Source: Carcharhinus amblyrhynchos (taxonomy: Eukaryota). Taken from it: 64,000 nucleotides of DNA. Shown here piece by piece: positions 49,448 through 62,042 of this stretch; the first letter of the stretch is position 1, and each line of letters opens with the position of its first letter. Location: NCBI GenBank assembly GCA_965287045.1, contig OZ336871.1, positions 94,240,001-94,304,000 on the forward strand, read 5' to 3'. Under the pieces are notes generated by a model. It was given only the letters and a program-made list of their open reading frames with translations, made no database searches and had not been told where the DNA came from. The position numbers and the translations under genes were made by a program.

Positions 49448-52265
49448 GTGGTATATGTGCCTGTCCCTAGCTTGCTACCCTGAGCATGGCTGGACTTCTG
49501 GTCCCAGATCATTAGCACAAGAGAATCATGTCAATCTTTGATGGAAACATATAGGAAGGGCAAAGAAATGACCAGTGTGCTATCTGTCAATTTTTTTTAA
49601 AATTAAGGATGTTTGCCCTCTTATACTTTGGGATCAGTTTTACAGCTATCCACTACAAAAGATGGTGTCATCTTTGCACACATAGATCTTTGCTTGGTTT
49701 CTCCTTTACTCTCATTCTGATTCCCTCTTCCCATCACTGCACTCAACTCCCACCTGACCGCCTAATTGTCTTCCTGCTCTCCAATCACACTACATCATTT
49801 TCCTGTCCCTATCCAAGGGCGTATCTGAGGGCGGCTGCCAATGAAAAATATGATCTGACTTCATCAGTGAGATGTCTGGGGATGCACATAATGCATCAGC
49901 AGTTCACCACTCTAAGTTTTTAGGCTTTTGGCCTATTTGTTTCATTATGGGCCTGCTCCCTGTACCCAGTTTACACTGACAGGCTGTGTTTTGCAACCTG
50001 CAACCCCATCTCCCCACAATATTTTAATCCTTTTCACACTTTAATCTATGATTATTTCATACAATACAGTAAATCTGATCCACATTCAGATGTAATTCCA
50101 TCATTTCATGAACTTAATTTCACTCATTAACTATTATTAATGTACACCAATTAGAAATCCCCAATGCATTATTAAATGAATAATTAGAAATTGTGTTCTA
50201 TAAATTAAATTATCCTACCTATTGCCCACATCTGCTGCCTGACGAAGGATTTAGAAATTTTGTGACAAAGAGGCAATGATATGATTTGACTAAAAATAAA
50301 TTCCCACAAGGTATATAATTAACCGTTATATTTTTTTTTCTGACAAACTTATTGGAAAATAGTTTGGATATGAAAGAAATACCATACCAGTTTAAAAATG
50401 TCAATGTACACATAAATCTACTCAATTGTACCAGATTACAGGTGCTTTGCACACCGTATACAGCTTACTGAACTAATAGGTGTCTTGGCCATCATTTTTC
50501 AATCATTAATCTCAATGTGCAGAAAGTCAGTACACTAGAGGTTTTCGAATAAGCCACGCATTGCATCAAAGGCCCCCCAAATAGTGTAGGATCCCAGAAA
50601 ATTCTGCTCAAAGTATTAAATACCAACATTTCTCTCTGGAATTTCCTTTCCTTGGAGAAGTCTAAATGTTGTAGTATGAGAGTGTTACACGTAAAGGGAT
50701 TAATGTGGGACTGAGTAAAGTACTGACCACACAGTGATGCCAGAGGACACTTGACCCTAACCAGGTGTTTGTGTGCTTTTCGACAGAGCTTTGTGTAAAT
50801 GCAGGCTGCAGACAGTTTCTAGCTTGGACCTTTACAATAGCTTTACATAGAGCCTCCAGTAGTCAATATGTGCTGATTGTACCCATGAGGACAAATACCG
50901 AAATAAGACCTACCTATCCATGTCCAACATCTCGAAAAAACAGCCACTACACTATTGAAGGCAGTTGAAAGAAAAAGAACTTGTAAATCTCACATCCTTT
51001 TACAAATATTAACTGATGTCTTCTCATCTAGTGAGAGTCCCACTTTATTTATTAATCATGATATTTTTCTCTCCCACAACAAATCTACATCATCCATCAA
51101 ATAAAGTCGATTTTAAAGTATTCATGAGCAATACTGAATTCATGTGTTGCAATTGAGGGGACTGTCCAAACGAGGATAGATGCTGAAAATCCCAGGTGCC
51201 GAAACTGTTCCACTCCACAGTGTGCACATGATTTCTGAGCAACATCAAACAATTATGCATTTACTGTTCCTTGGTTCAAATAAGTAGTATAACTGAGCTG
51301 ATTGAACAGTTCTCCTGATCTCAAGCACAGAATAGTTATTGTGAATGATAACTGTGCCAAAATCTCACAACTTTCATTGCTGTCCACCTGAGCAATCAGA
51401 CTATGAGCTTTGATTATCATTGTAATCAATCACTGCAGGCTGTGTGCGCTTGGACCGATACCATATATCATTAGCATGCTGTTACACTAATATAGGAACA
51501 CACTGGAGACTTTGGATGCCAAATTTCTGATATTCATTGCAGGCATGCAAAGTTCCATGTCAGAAATACAGATTTTTCCATTCCCATGAGAATGGATTAG
51601 GAGGTCGGAGCAGGAACAAGTGTACCTCAGTTATCTGATATGTTTCCATCTCTGAAGTTGCTGGAGGTAGGGAAATCGTAGCCCAGACAATACAGTGGCA
51701 ATGATAGCAGCAAGTAGCCAAATAAGCCCATTTTTGGTTCAAATAGAGGAGAGATGCTGTGGGGATTTCCCAACAGCCAGGCCCCCCTGTTGAGGCTGGA
51801 ACTCAGCAGGTATCTGGAGTCAGCCTCCCAGCAGCAAGCTAGAAGGCTTGGGAAGGAGGGCACATCAAAGCTTCCTCTCTATCACCCCCGCACAGACCTG
51901 CTGGGACGTGAAGGCCACAGTCATGTCTGCAGGCCATCGTGTGGCGGGATTCTTCCTTGACAATGACAGACCAACGTGGCCGTGAGAGATTATTATCTCA
52001 ATGTGGCATAGAGCACCTCCATTTTGAGGTGCCATGCAGTCTCCTGCATATCTCAGCATGTCCACCTTTCAGTAGGTTGCCACGTCTAATCATTGCAGCA
52101 GGCCAGCTGATTGGGCATCTCAATTAGACAGTCAGTAACAGACAAGAAACCACTGTCCTTATCCCGCACATTCAAGTCCTGTCGCCTTGCAGAGAGGTCA
52201 GCAGTGGGACTTTCGGAAGAAAAGAAATCCTTATTCAGCTTAGTGCCATATTTTGTTTAATAAAA

Positions 52266-52608
52266 CGGCACGGTAGCACAGTGGTTGGCACTGCTACTTC
52301 ACAGCTCCAGGGTCCTGGGTTCAATTCCCGGCTCGGGTCACTGCCTGTGTGAAGTTTGCACATTCTCCTCATGTCTGTGTGGGTTTCCTCCGTGTGCTCC
52401 GGTTTCCTCCCACAGTCCAACGATGTGCAGGTTAGGTTGATTGGTCATGCTAAAATTGCCCTTAGTGTCCTGAGATGCGTAGCTTAAAGGGATTAGTGGA
52501 TAAATATGTAGGGATACGTAGGGTAGTTCCTGGGTGGGATTGTGGTCGGTGCAGACACGATGGGCCGAATAGCCTCTCTCTGTACTGTAGGGATTCGATG
52601 ATTCTATG
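52266..52608 (+). mobile_element. Full-length HE1-like V-SINE
   Basis: CGGCACGGTAGCACAGTGG...GGTTCAATTCC head, V-core, CR1-type tail. Confidence 0.92.
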
Positions 52609-52839
52609 AAGCTTCTGTAAGTGCCTTGGGACATTTCATTACGTTTAAGGTGCTATAATAACATAGGCTGTTGTTTATTTTATAACTTCAGAAGTTTATG
52701 ATTCTTAATTTTACTTCTATTGATTTTTGTTGTGAATTATGTAGTGGTACTTGATGTTTCTTATCACACCAACATTAGAGAAATAGTTTTACTGCAATAT
52801 ACCTTATCATCAAGTCTTTCTATTCTTTATGTTTCTTTC

Positions 52840-53043
52840 GGGCAGCATGGTGGCACTCCTGCCTCACAGTGCCAGGGACCCGGGTTCGATTCCTGACTTG
52901 GATCACTGTCTGTGTGGAGTTTGCATGTTCTCCCCATGTCTGAATGGGCTTCATCCAGTGTTCCGGTTTCCTCCCACAGTCCAAAGATTTATGACTCGAT
53001 GGGCCAAAGGGATTCCTTCTGCACTGTAGAATTCTATGTTCTT
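52840..53043 (+). mobile_element. HE1-like V-SINE with internal deletion
   Basis: Head and core join directly to the GACTCGATGGGCC tail. Confidence 0.85.
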
Positions 53044-53149
53044 TGATTTATAATTTAAGTTATTATCTCAATAATTTATTATTGCTTTGTGATGCAGAAA
53101 GCATTCAATTAAGCTAATGCAATAACAGTTGAAAGCATTTCAAAGTTTC

Positions 53150-54715
53150 ACTGAGGGATTCGGGTGTCCTGGTACATGAATCACAATAAGTTAACATGCA
53201 CGTACAGCAAATGATTACGAAGGCAGATATGTTGTTGTAATAAGAATGGAATATAAAAGTAGGGATGTTTTGATGCAGTTCTACCCAACAATGATGAGAC
53301 CGTACCTGGAGTACTGTTCTGTGTACAGTTTGGTCCCCTTTATTAAGGATATAATTACATTAGGAGCAGTTCAGAAAAGGTTCACTCAATCAATTTCTTG
53401 AATGGGGCGGGGGGGGTGGTTATCATATGATGAAAGGTTAAACAGCCTGTATCTGTGTCCATATGGAGTTTAAAAGAATGAAAGGTGATTATATTGAAAT
53501 GTATTAGATCCTGAGGGGGTTTGACAGAATGGAGTCTGAAAGAATGGCCGTGATTCTCCCCTTACGACGTGCAATTTTTCTGTTGGTTTGGGGTGGCAGA
53601 TGCGCATCTCCAGCCTTGAACAGGATTTGCACGTGTGCAGGGAATGCATGCGCCTCTCTCAGAGCCGGTGAAGAGTCGCAGGCCATACCATGCTAGAAAC
53701 CAGCGGGAAGGCAGGTAAGTAATTTAAAACCTTTTTAAAATATGTTTTAGATATGTTTATTAGGTCATTATCAGGACCTTTCAAATCTCCCATTCCGCAG
53801 AAATACTTCATTGCAGCGTGTTCAGACTTGCTCCCCATGTTTGGGGAATTAGTGGGAGACCCGGCCAGAATGAAGGAGGGGGGTGCAATCTGGGGCCCAA
53901 AGGGGATCGGGCGGCGGGAAGGTGGTGCCTATGCCCTCGGGGCACCACCTTCCCCCCAGGGCATAGGCACCCTGGCACTATCAAATGGGCAAAGTGCCCA
54001 TGCCCAGTGGGCACCTTGGCACTGCCCACTGGACATTGGGCAGTGCCAAGGGGCGGGGCCGATTGTGGGCAGGGCCTAGGGGCAATTGGTGGGGGTAGAG
54101 GGGTCCTGCAGCCACTCTGCAAACAGGATCAGTCAGAATGGAGGGAGAGCAGCTATTGGGGCAGGCTGGGGGAGGGGTGGTGGTCTGCCAGTGTGCAGGG
54201 GGGCGGTCTGCCTCTGGAGTGGGGGAGGTCTGACCCCGGGGAGGTTCAGTGGGGGGACAGTTTGCTGTTGTGAGGGGGTTAGGGGGGATGGGCTGCTGGA
54301 CATTGGGGCGCTCAGGGTGGGAGGGGTCAGGGCTGGCCTGGGAGTTGTTATAGGGGCTGCAATCGGGCTGTGGGGGTGGGGGGAGGGGGCTGGAAGGGCA
54401 GCATTGTGGTGGTCCCAGGCTGGCCAGTGATTGAGCTGAGCAGCAAATGGGGAGAGTGACAGATCAAGGCCACTGCGCATGTGCTTAGTTCCAGAACTGT
54501 CACTCTGGTGTTAACAGGCTCTGTTCCCCCCCCTCCTCCCCTGAGTTTTTAATGAGATACACGACTGGGACCTCTGCAGTGCACAAAGTGTGGAGATTCA
54601 AGTGAGAAACTGAACTGACAGAACAGTCGGGATTTAGAACAGTTCTCCCACCAATTCAGCACTTTGGGGAAAATCGCGACCAATGTTTCCACTTGTGGGC
54701 AGAGCAGAACTAGGC
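53150..54715 (+). mobile_element. Old CR1 3' fragment split by a MITE
   Basis: Decayed EYKSRDVLMQFY..MMRPYLEYC (53250-53320); resumes after the MITE with ATGTTTCCACTTGTGGG...AGAACTAGG. Confidence 0.8.
53546..54681. mobile_element. Harbinger-type MITE
   Basis: TIRs GGCCGTGATTCTCCCC / GGGGAAAATCGCGACC; 3-bp TSD AAT (53543-53545, 54682-54684); GC-rich interior. Confidence 0.88.
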
Positions 54716-54744
54716 AACAAAGTTCAAGACCCTGAACTGGGAGC

Positions 54745-55270
54745 ACAGTTTACATTAGTCAGAAACTTACCTGGACCAGTCATATAAATACTGTGAATAC
54801 AATAGCAAATCAGAGGCTGAAAACTCCACAAGTAACTCACTTCCTGACTCCTCAAACACTGTCCACCATCTAAAAGGCACAGGTCAGGAGTGTGATGGAA
54901 TACTTACCATTTGACTGGATGGATGTAGCTCCAACAACTCCAAAAGGTCAATACTATCCAGGACAAAACAGCCCATTCACCACCTTAAAATTTACTCCCT
55001 CCACCGCAGTGGCAACAGTGTATACCGTCAACAAGGTGCACTGCAGCAACTCAGCAACAGCACCTTCCAAACCTGTGATAAGGGCAGCAGATGCATGGGA
55101 ATGCCAAGCCACACACCATCCTTACTTGGAACTATATCATTGTCCCTTTACTGTTGCTAGGTCAAGGTCTTGGAATTTATTTCCGAACAGAACTGTGGCT
55201 GTACCTACACCACATGGACTACATTGGTTCAAGAAGGCAGCTCACCACCATTTTCTTAAGGGCAGTTAGA
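54745..55270 (+). mobile_element. CR1/L2-group LINE 3' fragment
   Basis: THFLTPQTLSTI...QVRSVMEYLPFDWM, homologous to 6205-6790. Confidence 0.8.
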
Positions 55271-55992
55271 GAAATTAGGAAAATATGTCACTGCGGTTTT
55301 ATGTTTTGACACTTAAGATAGCACAAAACAACATTAAATTAGGAGGGGTGAGGAGTTTGATGATCTACATAGGCATGAATTGTTATACATTGGGAAGATA
55401 GCAAGAGTTTCTCCAACCACCCTAAGAATATTATTTACAGGATTAGAGATAAACCAGAACACATTTGTGTTAACAGTGATCTGTAGGTGTGGATGTAGTT
55501 GGGACATCAAGCAGTTATCCAGCAATTTCAGTTATGTTAGGAAATACTTAGCTTTCACTGAAGTATTGGATTTTCATTGCACAATAATGTTAAGCTGCTG
55601 CAACAAAACAGATCTGGTAATCAATTGAATTAGATTCTTCCACTTTAACAGATGAGGTTATAATAGACAGCTATAAAAGTTATATTTTATCTTCTTTGCC
55701 TGGTGTGACTTTTTTTGTAACTTGCCTCAGTGAGAGATTCTACAGTGTTGCTGAGGATCAGAGCCTCATGTCTGTAAAAGAAATGCCTGGGTTTTGAATG
55801 TGGATCTAGCCACTTACTTACAGCAATATGATTTGGAGTGAAACTAAGGTTGAAATCCCAGCAAAACTCTCTTTTGATTCAAAATGAAGTTCCTTATGGT
55901 TTTGCATTTCACATCATCCTGCTGACCATTATTGTGCAAGGTGACATTACAGGCATCCCCATGGCAGTCTGAACCACAAGCCTCAGTTGTAA

Positions 55993-56330
55993 CAACTTGC
56001 ATTTACATAGCACATTTAATCTAATAAAACATCCCAAGGCACTTCAGAGGAACAATGTCAAATAAAATTTGAGTTTGAACCACTTTAGGAGCTATTAGGA
56101 CAGGTGATCTAAAGCTTAATCAAAAAGACGGATGTAAGGAGTGCCTTAAAGAAACATGGAGAGGCAGAGAGGTGAATTAGTTTAGGGAGGGAATACCTGA
56201 ACTTGGGCACTTGGGAATTGAAAACACAGCCACTAATGGCAGAAGAATTAGAATTATGGACATGCAAGTGGCCAAAATTGGAAGAACATAGAGATCCCCG
56301 AAGGTTAGAGGTGGCTACAGGGATAGGGAG
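55993..56330 (-). mobile_element. Old L2 LINE 3' fragment
   Basis: ACTTGCATTTACATAGCACATTTAA...AAAACATCCCAAGGCACTTC is the reverse complement of an L2 terminus. Confidence 0.7.
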
Positions 56331-56444
56331 GGGCACATTTCTAACCATGTCTTTCACTTAAAGCTGCTAACATGATTCTCAATCACGGATTTTCAATCCG
56401 AGTTAATGCAGAATGATCAATGCAGCGTCATAAGGGATAAATTT

Positions 56445-56900
56445 TCAAATCAATGGTATTTTCCACCATTGGCCAGCAGCAGCATCTTCTGGTCCCCACC
56501 AGTGGTCAATAATTCTTGTTGTAAGCACCCCCATTGCTGAAGAACCTGCAAGTGGGTTTGCTGTCAGCAGGACTGGAAAAGCCTGCCAGCGGGAGTAGCC
56601 AGAAAATTCCGGCCAAGGTTATCGCAAATTTCTGATCTCATTTGCAATGTGAAATTCATCAAATTTAACCCACAGAACAGACTTTATGAAAAGTGCATTC
56701 CACATGGCCATTCTTCAGGCAGGAATATCCACCCCTTCCCACTGGCAGGATCTTCCAGTCCTGCCAAAGATGACACCCTCCTCCCTCGCCATGGCAGGTT
56801 CCCAACTGTGCAACTGGCAAGAAACACAAATGGCTATTGACTTTGGCAAGACCAGAAGATCCGAGTAGCGACCAATGGTGAGTTGCCCCCCCATCACAAG
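56445..56900. mobile_element. Two short degenerate Harbinger-like MITEs
   Basis: Related subterminal inverted motifs (ATCTTCYRGTCC...GGACTGGAA / GACCAGAAGATCC) and an AAAATTCCGGCC terminus; similar relic at 17335-17428. Confidence 0.55.
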
Positions 56901-59789
56901 GAAAACCTGCATGGCAGAGTTGGGGTGGGGAAGGAAGAATGATGACTCAGCCTTCATGTTTCATGTGAGCACAATCAGTGGGCATCATCGTCCTAATCAC
57001 AACTGAGTCCAATATTGTTCTTGCCCAATATCTGCATGTGCCATCCTGCAAATGGAAACCATGTCATTGCAAGAGTCAGCACCATCAAATATGAATTAAA
57101 TTCTGCAATGTTGTTGAGAGACAAAATTTGACTCTATTAACATTCCCTCTACTGTCTCTTCACCAAGCATTGCCTGATAGTTGCACTGTGTTAATCCTTT
57201 AAGACAGTCATGTGGTTGTACATTTGAGCATTTTAAAGGGACCTGTTTGGCTTGTTTTTCTGCACTGAAACACACTTCTGATTGCTGCACACCTGCATTG
57301 CCAAGGGGGAGCACTGCTTTCTGTCTTTCTTATGTGTAATGTATTAGTTATCTCATCCCAGTTCTGGTGGATTGCAGCAGAATAAACCGTGCCTGAAAAA
57401 CTATTTACTCACATCAGCTCCTTGAATGACCAAGAACTTTTTCCAGATTTGAACTCCCAGTGCTGCAGGCTTGTTGCAGTGCAGAACTGCTGTTCTGATG
57501 CACATTGTTATACAGTAACCTTGTATGATGCAATGCAGTGGATGGAAAATCCAGACACAGCAGTTGTTAATAATTACTGGGGCAATGTAATGTTTTCTTT
57601 AAACAAAAGACCTAGGGCTTGTTATGGGTACAGGCATTCTCACAGAAAATGAAAATGAAGAGGTGCAGTCAAATTGGAATGAATATTGGGCTTGCTTGCC
57701 CAACTGTAGACTCCTCTGACATCTGAGTTATGTCTACCATGGCACTTTTTGCTGTTCTTAAATTTCTCGTTCAAGTTCCTGGGAAGGTTGAGAGAAAGGC
57801 CAGCATATCCATTAATTAGGTGGACACTGAAAATTTATTTTCATCTTTCCACTGACCAATTTGCATGAAATATATGCCTGCTGATACTATTACCTTTGTT
57901 ACCTTCATCAGCATGTAATCGCTCAATGAATTGCAACAACAATGTGTCAATGTGACATGTCTTTCATGGACATACATAAGATAGCGAGTTGCGGCTGTGA
58001 TCAATGACATGACCCATCATAGCAAGACAAGATTCCTCTGCAATGATCCTTCTCTCATTAGTAACCAGAGAAAGGCCGGTCTTATTGCACTGCAATTTTA
58101 GTTTTATTATCCTTACAATATCACACTTGTGATGAATTCTTTCTGAAAATGCTACCTCAGTGACATTTTATAACTAGGCATGAGAAAAGAAATCAATTCT
58201 CTGAATCTCTGTCCATCAACTATAGACAGTGGTGGTACATATTTTCCGATAGCAACAGCTTTAAGTTCAGCAGCCTTTTCTGGCCTCTTCCTTAAGCTCG
58301 AGTCACAATGAATGTTATCATCGTGCTTAGACTACCTCACAGTTCTTTTCTTTCTATTCACTGTTCCTATTACATTAACGATATGGGTTCTATCCAGGGC
58401 AGATGTGCCTCCAGAATATAATAACTCCTTTCTGAAGAGGCTACATAGATTCTGCTTGTCTTCTCTTTCTGGTTAAAAATCCCAGCTGTTGCTTTCAAGG
58501 GTATTTTTGGCAAAGGCTACAGCATGACTCCTCCTGGGAAAATTCCATTCTTTTCTGACACCTATGAGCCTACAATGTAATCACTATAATTTTGGCAGAA
58601 CTTTTCAAGTTTTAACCTGCGTACAAAAAACAGAAGCAATGCTCAAAAGCTTCACTGGAATCTGAGTATCCTAAGCTATTTTGTTGTTTTTGTATAATTT
58701 GTGCTTTTGATATGGGGAATTACAGCAGAGGCAAAAAGGGAAAAAAATGCCTTTTGTGCAGTATTATACCATTAATGACAATGAAATCAATTTTAAATGA
58801 AAATATCAATGATTTAAAATTGAGTGAGAGTTTTGAAATTAAATTATAAAAGCAGATATAAGTACTCCCACTTTGCACTTACTTTGCCTTGTATTCCAAA
58901 TTATGCCACTAAAATCTGCAAAAACCTAAAGTAAAAATGCTAATTGAATCCACAGCAGCAAGATCTAATTAGCTTTATAATGCTCTTTAGTGCAATTTCC
59001 CTGAAAGTAGCTCCAAAGAGAAATAATAGTTGCTCACAAAACAAAATACTCAAAACTATACAAGATTAACGTACCTTTGATTGAAAGGTTTCAGACACAT
59101 TGTGGGGAACCTTGACGGCCAGTGGAAACGCCATGTCCCACTGAATGGGGCATTGGCTAAAAATAAGCTTTCTGGCGGGTGTGGGGGCTATTGGGGTTCA
59201 CCTGACCAGTCCTAATCAGGTTTTTGCCAACAGTGGGTAGCAACTGGATTATTATGCAAACACACTATTGTAATACAACTAGCAGCCAAGACAGGGCATT
59301 CATTGCTTGACCACACCACCCCCGCCCCCCACCCCAAAAAAAACATTCATTCATCTCTTCAGCAGGCAAGCTTTGGTAATGGCCAGCTTGGATCCGATGT
59401 GCTGGACCTTGAGGGTCCAGGGATGCACCACCAACTAATCAGCAAAGAGAAGCGTCCTCCCTGCCACCACTCTAATAATGGATCACCACTCTGCCTACAG
59501 CACACAGGCATGCAGGTGTCCTGACCAGAGCCCCCCCTCAGTCCCCTACCACTCAGCTCTCTTCGCTTTCAGACACACATTCAGGCCCCCCACAGGCCAC
59601 ATGCCTTGGCAATGCCAACGATGCACTGCCCCTGGCACCCTGGCACTGACACCTGGGACCTGAAGGTGGGGGGGGGGGGGGGGGGGGGTGTTAGGTACAG
59701 TGGCCATTTGACCCTCTAACACTTCCAGGCTGCAAAGAAAGAATCCCCCTAGGATTGGGGCGATTTGGTAGGCTAGGTGCTCTCCCTGA

Positions 59790-59952
59790 ATGCTAAGAGG
59801 CAGATGGGTCTGTAGCTAAACATCTCATCCAAAAGTTGGAACCTTTGACAATGCTCAATTGAAGTGTCATTCCTGAATACTTGCTCAAGTCTGGTTTGGG
59901 AACTGAACTCAAAACTTTCTGACTCAAACGTGAGTCTGCTAGCATTGAGCCT
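59790..59952 (-). mobile_element. Old tRNA-headed SINE, possibly DeuSINE-related
   Basis: Reverse complement GGCTCAATGCTAGCA...TGAGTCAGAAAG...GTTCAGTTCCC...GACTTGAGCA...TTTTGGATGAGATGTT. Confidence 0.55.
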
Positions 59953-60234
59953 TAGCTGAAATGTAGAGGCCAAGTTTGAGGATGTATCTGATTTTGATAT
60001 TGGTTTGAGCGAAGTGTTGTGATGACTAAATTGATTGACAATGACAGAGTTATGAATTAATGGGAGAAGCTAAGCTTGCAGCAAAGAAAAAGGTTTCAGT
60101 TTCATTATAAAATACAAGCAATTGCTACCTGAGCTGCCAGAAGAAAGCAGCGTCTGTCTGTCTGTCTCTCTCTCCAAAGTAAAAAGTCTGACAACACCAG
60201 GTTTTAGTCCAACCGATTTATTTGATAGTAAACG

Positions 60235-60268
60235 CACAAGCTTTCGGGGTTAGTCCCTTCGTCAGGTG
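60235..60268 (-). ncRNA. Minimal type-I hammerhead ribozyme motif (antisense arm)
   Basis: Reverse complement identical to 60559-60592. Confidence 0.78.
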
Positions 60269-60558
60269 AATGGAGAGTTCTGGCCTCAGACAGAGCATAT
60301 AAAGCACAGACTGTTTAGAGATTACTGATTAGAATGCGAATCCTTACACTGACTTGCCTGGGTTTGCAAAACCTCACTTACTGTACTGTCTGGAGACAAT
60401 ACACATCTCTGTAACCTGTGATCAGTGCTCCTTCCACTCACATTGTCAGCCACTTCAGGTCTTGAACAGCAGGTTAGGTGTAAGGATTCGCATTCTAATC
60501 AGTAATCTCTAAACAGTCTGTGCTTTATATGCTCTGTCTGAGGCCAGAACCCTCCATT

Positions 60559-60592
60559 CACCTGACGAAGGGACTAACCCCGAAAGCTTGTG
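60559..60592 (+). ncRNA. Minimal type-I hammerhead ribozyme motif
   Basis: CAC-CTGACGA-A-GGG-actaac-CCC-GAAA-GCT-T-GTG, followed by AATAAA at 60605. Confidence 0.8.
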
Positions 60593-60885
60593 CGTTTACT
60601 ATCAAATAAATCGGTTGGACTAAAACCTGGTGTTGTCAGACTTTTTACTGTGTTTACGCCAGTCCAACGCCGGCATACCCACATCATCTCTCTCCAAAGG
60701 CATTCTGAAAGCTCTAAACTTGGTAACCCAAGTCAAAGTAAGTAAATCTGTGTTTTGCTAACTAATTTTAAAGAGAGGTTTAAGTCTATAGGAGAAATAT
60801 TGTTTGATTGGAACTTACAGTTGGATTGTTTAAGTATTGTTCAATTCATTTGTTATAGTTAAATTGCATTGTTAAATAACTTTGC

Positions 60886-62042
60886 TTACAAGAGGTTATT
60901 GCAGAAGGTAAGGGGGCATGGAGTTGGGGGTAGGGTGTTAGCGTGGATAGAGGATTGGTTGTCAAATAGGAGACAGAGAGTGGGGGTTAATGGGTGCTAT
61001 TCGGATTGGCGGTTGGTGACTAGTGGAGTGCCCCAGGGGTCGGTGCTGGGGCCTCAGCTATTTACCATTTATATAGATGATCTGGAGGAGGGAACCGAGT
61101 GTATGGTATCCAAATTTGCTGATGACACCAAGATTGGTGGAACGGCAAATTGCGCGGAGGGTGTGGAGAGTCTGCAGAAGGATCTAGATAGGCTGGGCGA
61201 ATGGGCCAGGAAATGGCAAATGGAATTTAATGTTGGCAAGTGCGAGGTGGTCCACTTTGGCAGGAATAATGGTAGGAAGGACTATTACTTACATGGCGAA
61301 AATATGCAGCAGGCGACGGTGCAGAGGGACCTCAGGGTCCTTGTGCGTGAGTCGCAAAAACCCAGCCTGCAGGTGCAGCAGGTGGTCAGGAAGGCTAATG
61401 GGATGCTGGCCTTCATAGCGAGGGGGATTGAATATAAAAGTAGGGAGGTCTTGCTGCGGCTGTATTGGTGAGGCCGCAGCTGGAGTACTGTGTGCAGTTT
61501 TGGTTGCCGTACTTACGCAAGGATATTTTGGCCTTGGAGGGAGTGCAGAGGAGGTTTACTAGGCTGATACCAGAGTTGAGGGGGTTGAGCTATGAGGAGA
61601 GGCTGAATAAACTAGGCTTGTACTCGTTAGAGTTTAGAAGAATGAGGGGAGATCTCATTGAGACGTATAAGATGATGAATGGGATGGATAGGATAGAGGT
61701 GGAGAGGCTCTTCCCGCTCAGAAAGGACAGTAGGACTAGGGGGCACAGCCTCAAGATAAAGGGGGTGCGGTTTAGAACGGAGTTGAGGAGGAACTTCTTC
61801 ACTCAAAGGGTGGTGAATCTCTGGAATTCTCTGCCCGTTGAGGTGGTGGAGGCTGCCTCGCTAAATATTTTTAAGACGCGGGTTGATGGGTTTTTGATAA
61901 GTGAGGGGATTAAGGGTTATGGGGAGAGGGCGGGAATGTGGAACTGAGACACGACAGATCAGCCATGATCTTATTGAATGGCGGGGCAGGCTCGAAGGGC
62001 TAGATGGCCTACTCCTGCTCCTATTTCTTATGTTCTTATGTT
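60886..62042 (+). mobile_element. Young 5'-truncated CR1 LINE
   Basis: GVPQGSVLGP and FADD; ORF broken by a 7-bp deletion near 61465 relative to the 19192 copy; (TTCTTATG)n tail. Confidence 0.95.

Larger units (their letters stand above)
60180..60686 (+). mobile_element. Fold-back Penelope-like element end (inverted pLTR) with perfect TSD
   Basis: 172-bp arms 60178-60349 and 60478-60649 (one mismatch seen), 128-bp spacer, 37-nt tail 60650-60686; TSD TCTCTCTCCAAAG at 60167-60179 and 60687-60699. Confidence 0.9.

Noticed and set aside
50235-50268. CTGACGAAGGATTTAGAAA as a hammerhead
   Set aside because: No convincing stem II or stem I and no PLE flanks
53753-54480. Overlapping Gly/Pro-rich ORFs of 100-150 aa (also 47807-48335 and 3223-3682)
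   Set aside because: By-product of GC-rich, stop-poor repeat interiors; no recognisable domain
59668-59688. G21 homopolymer
   Set aside because: Simple run in a GC-rich repeat; length is unreliable in assemblies
60180-60686. DNA-transposon MITE with long TIRs
   Set aside because: Arms are asymmetric with a one-sided tail, arm length varies between copies, and hammerhead plus AATAAA motifs fit a Penelope-like origin better
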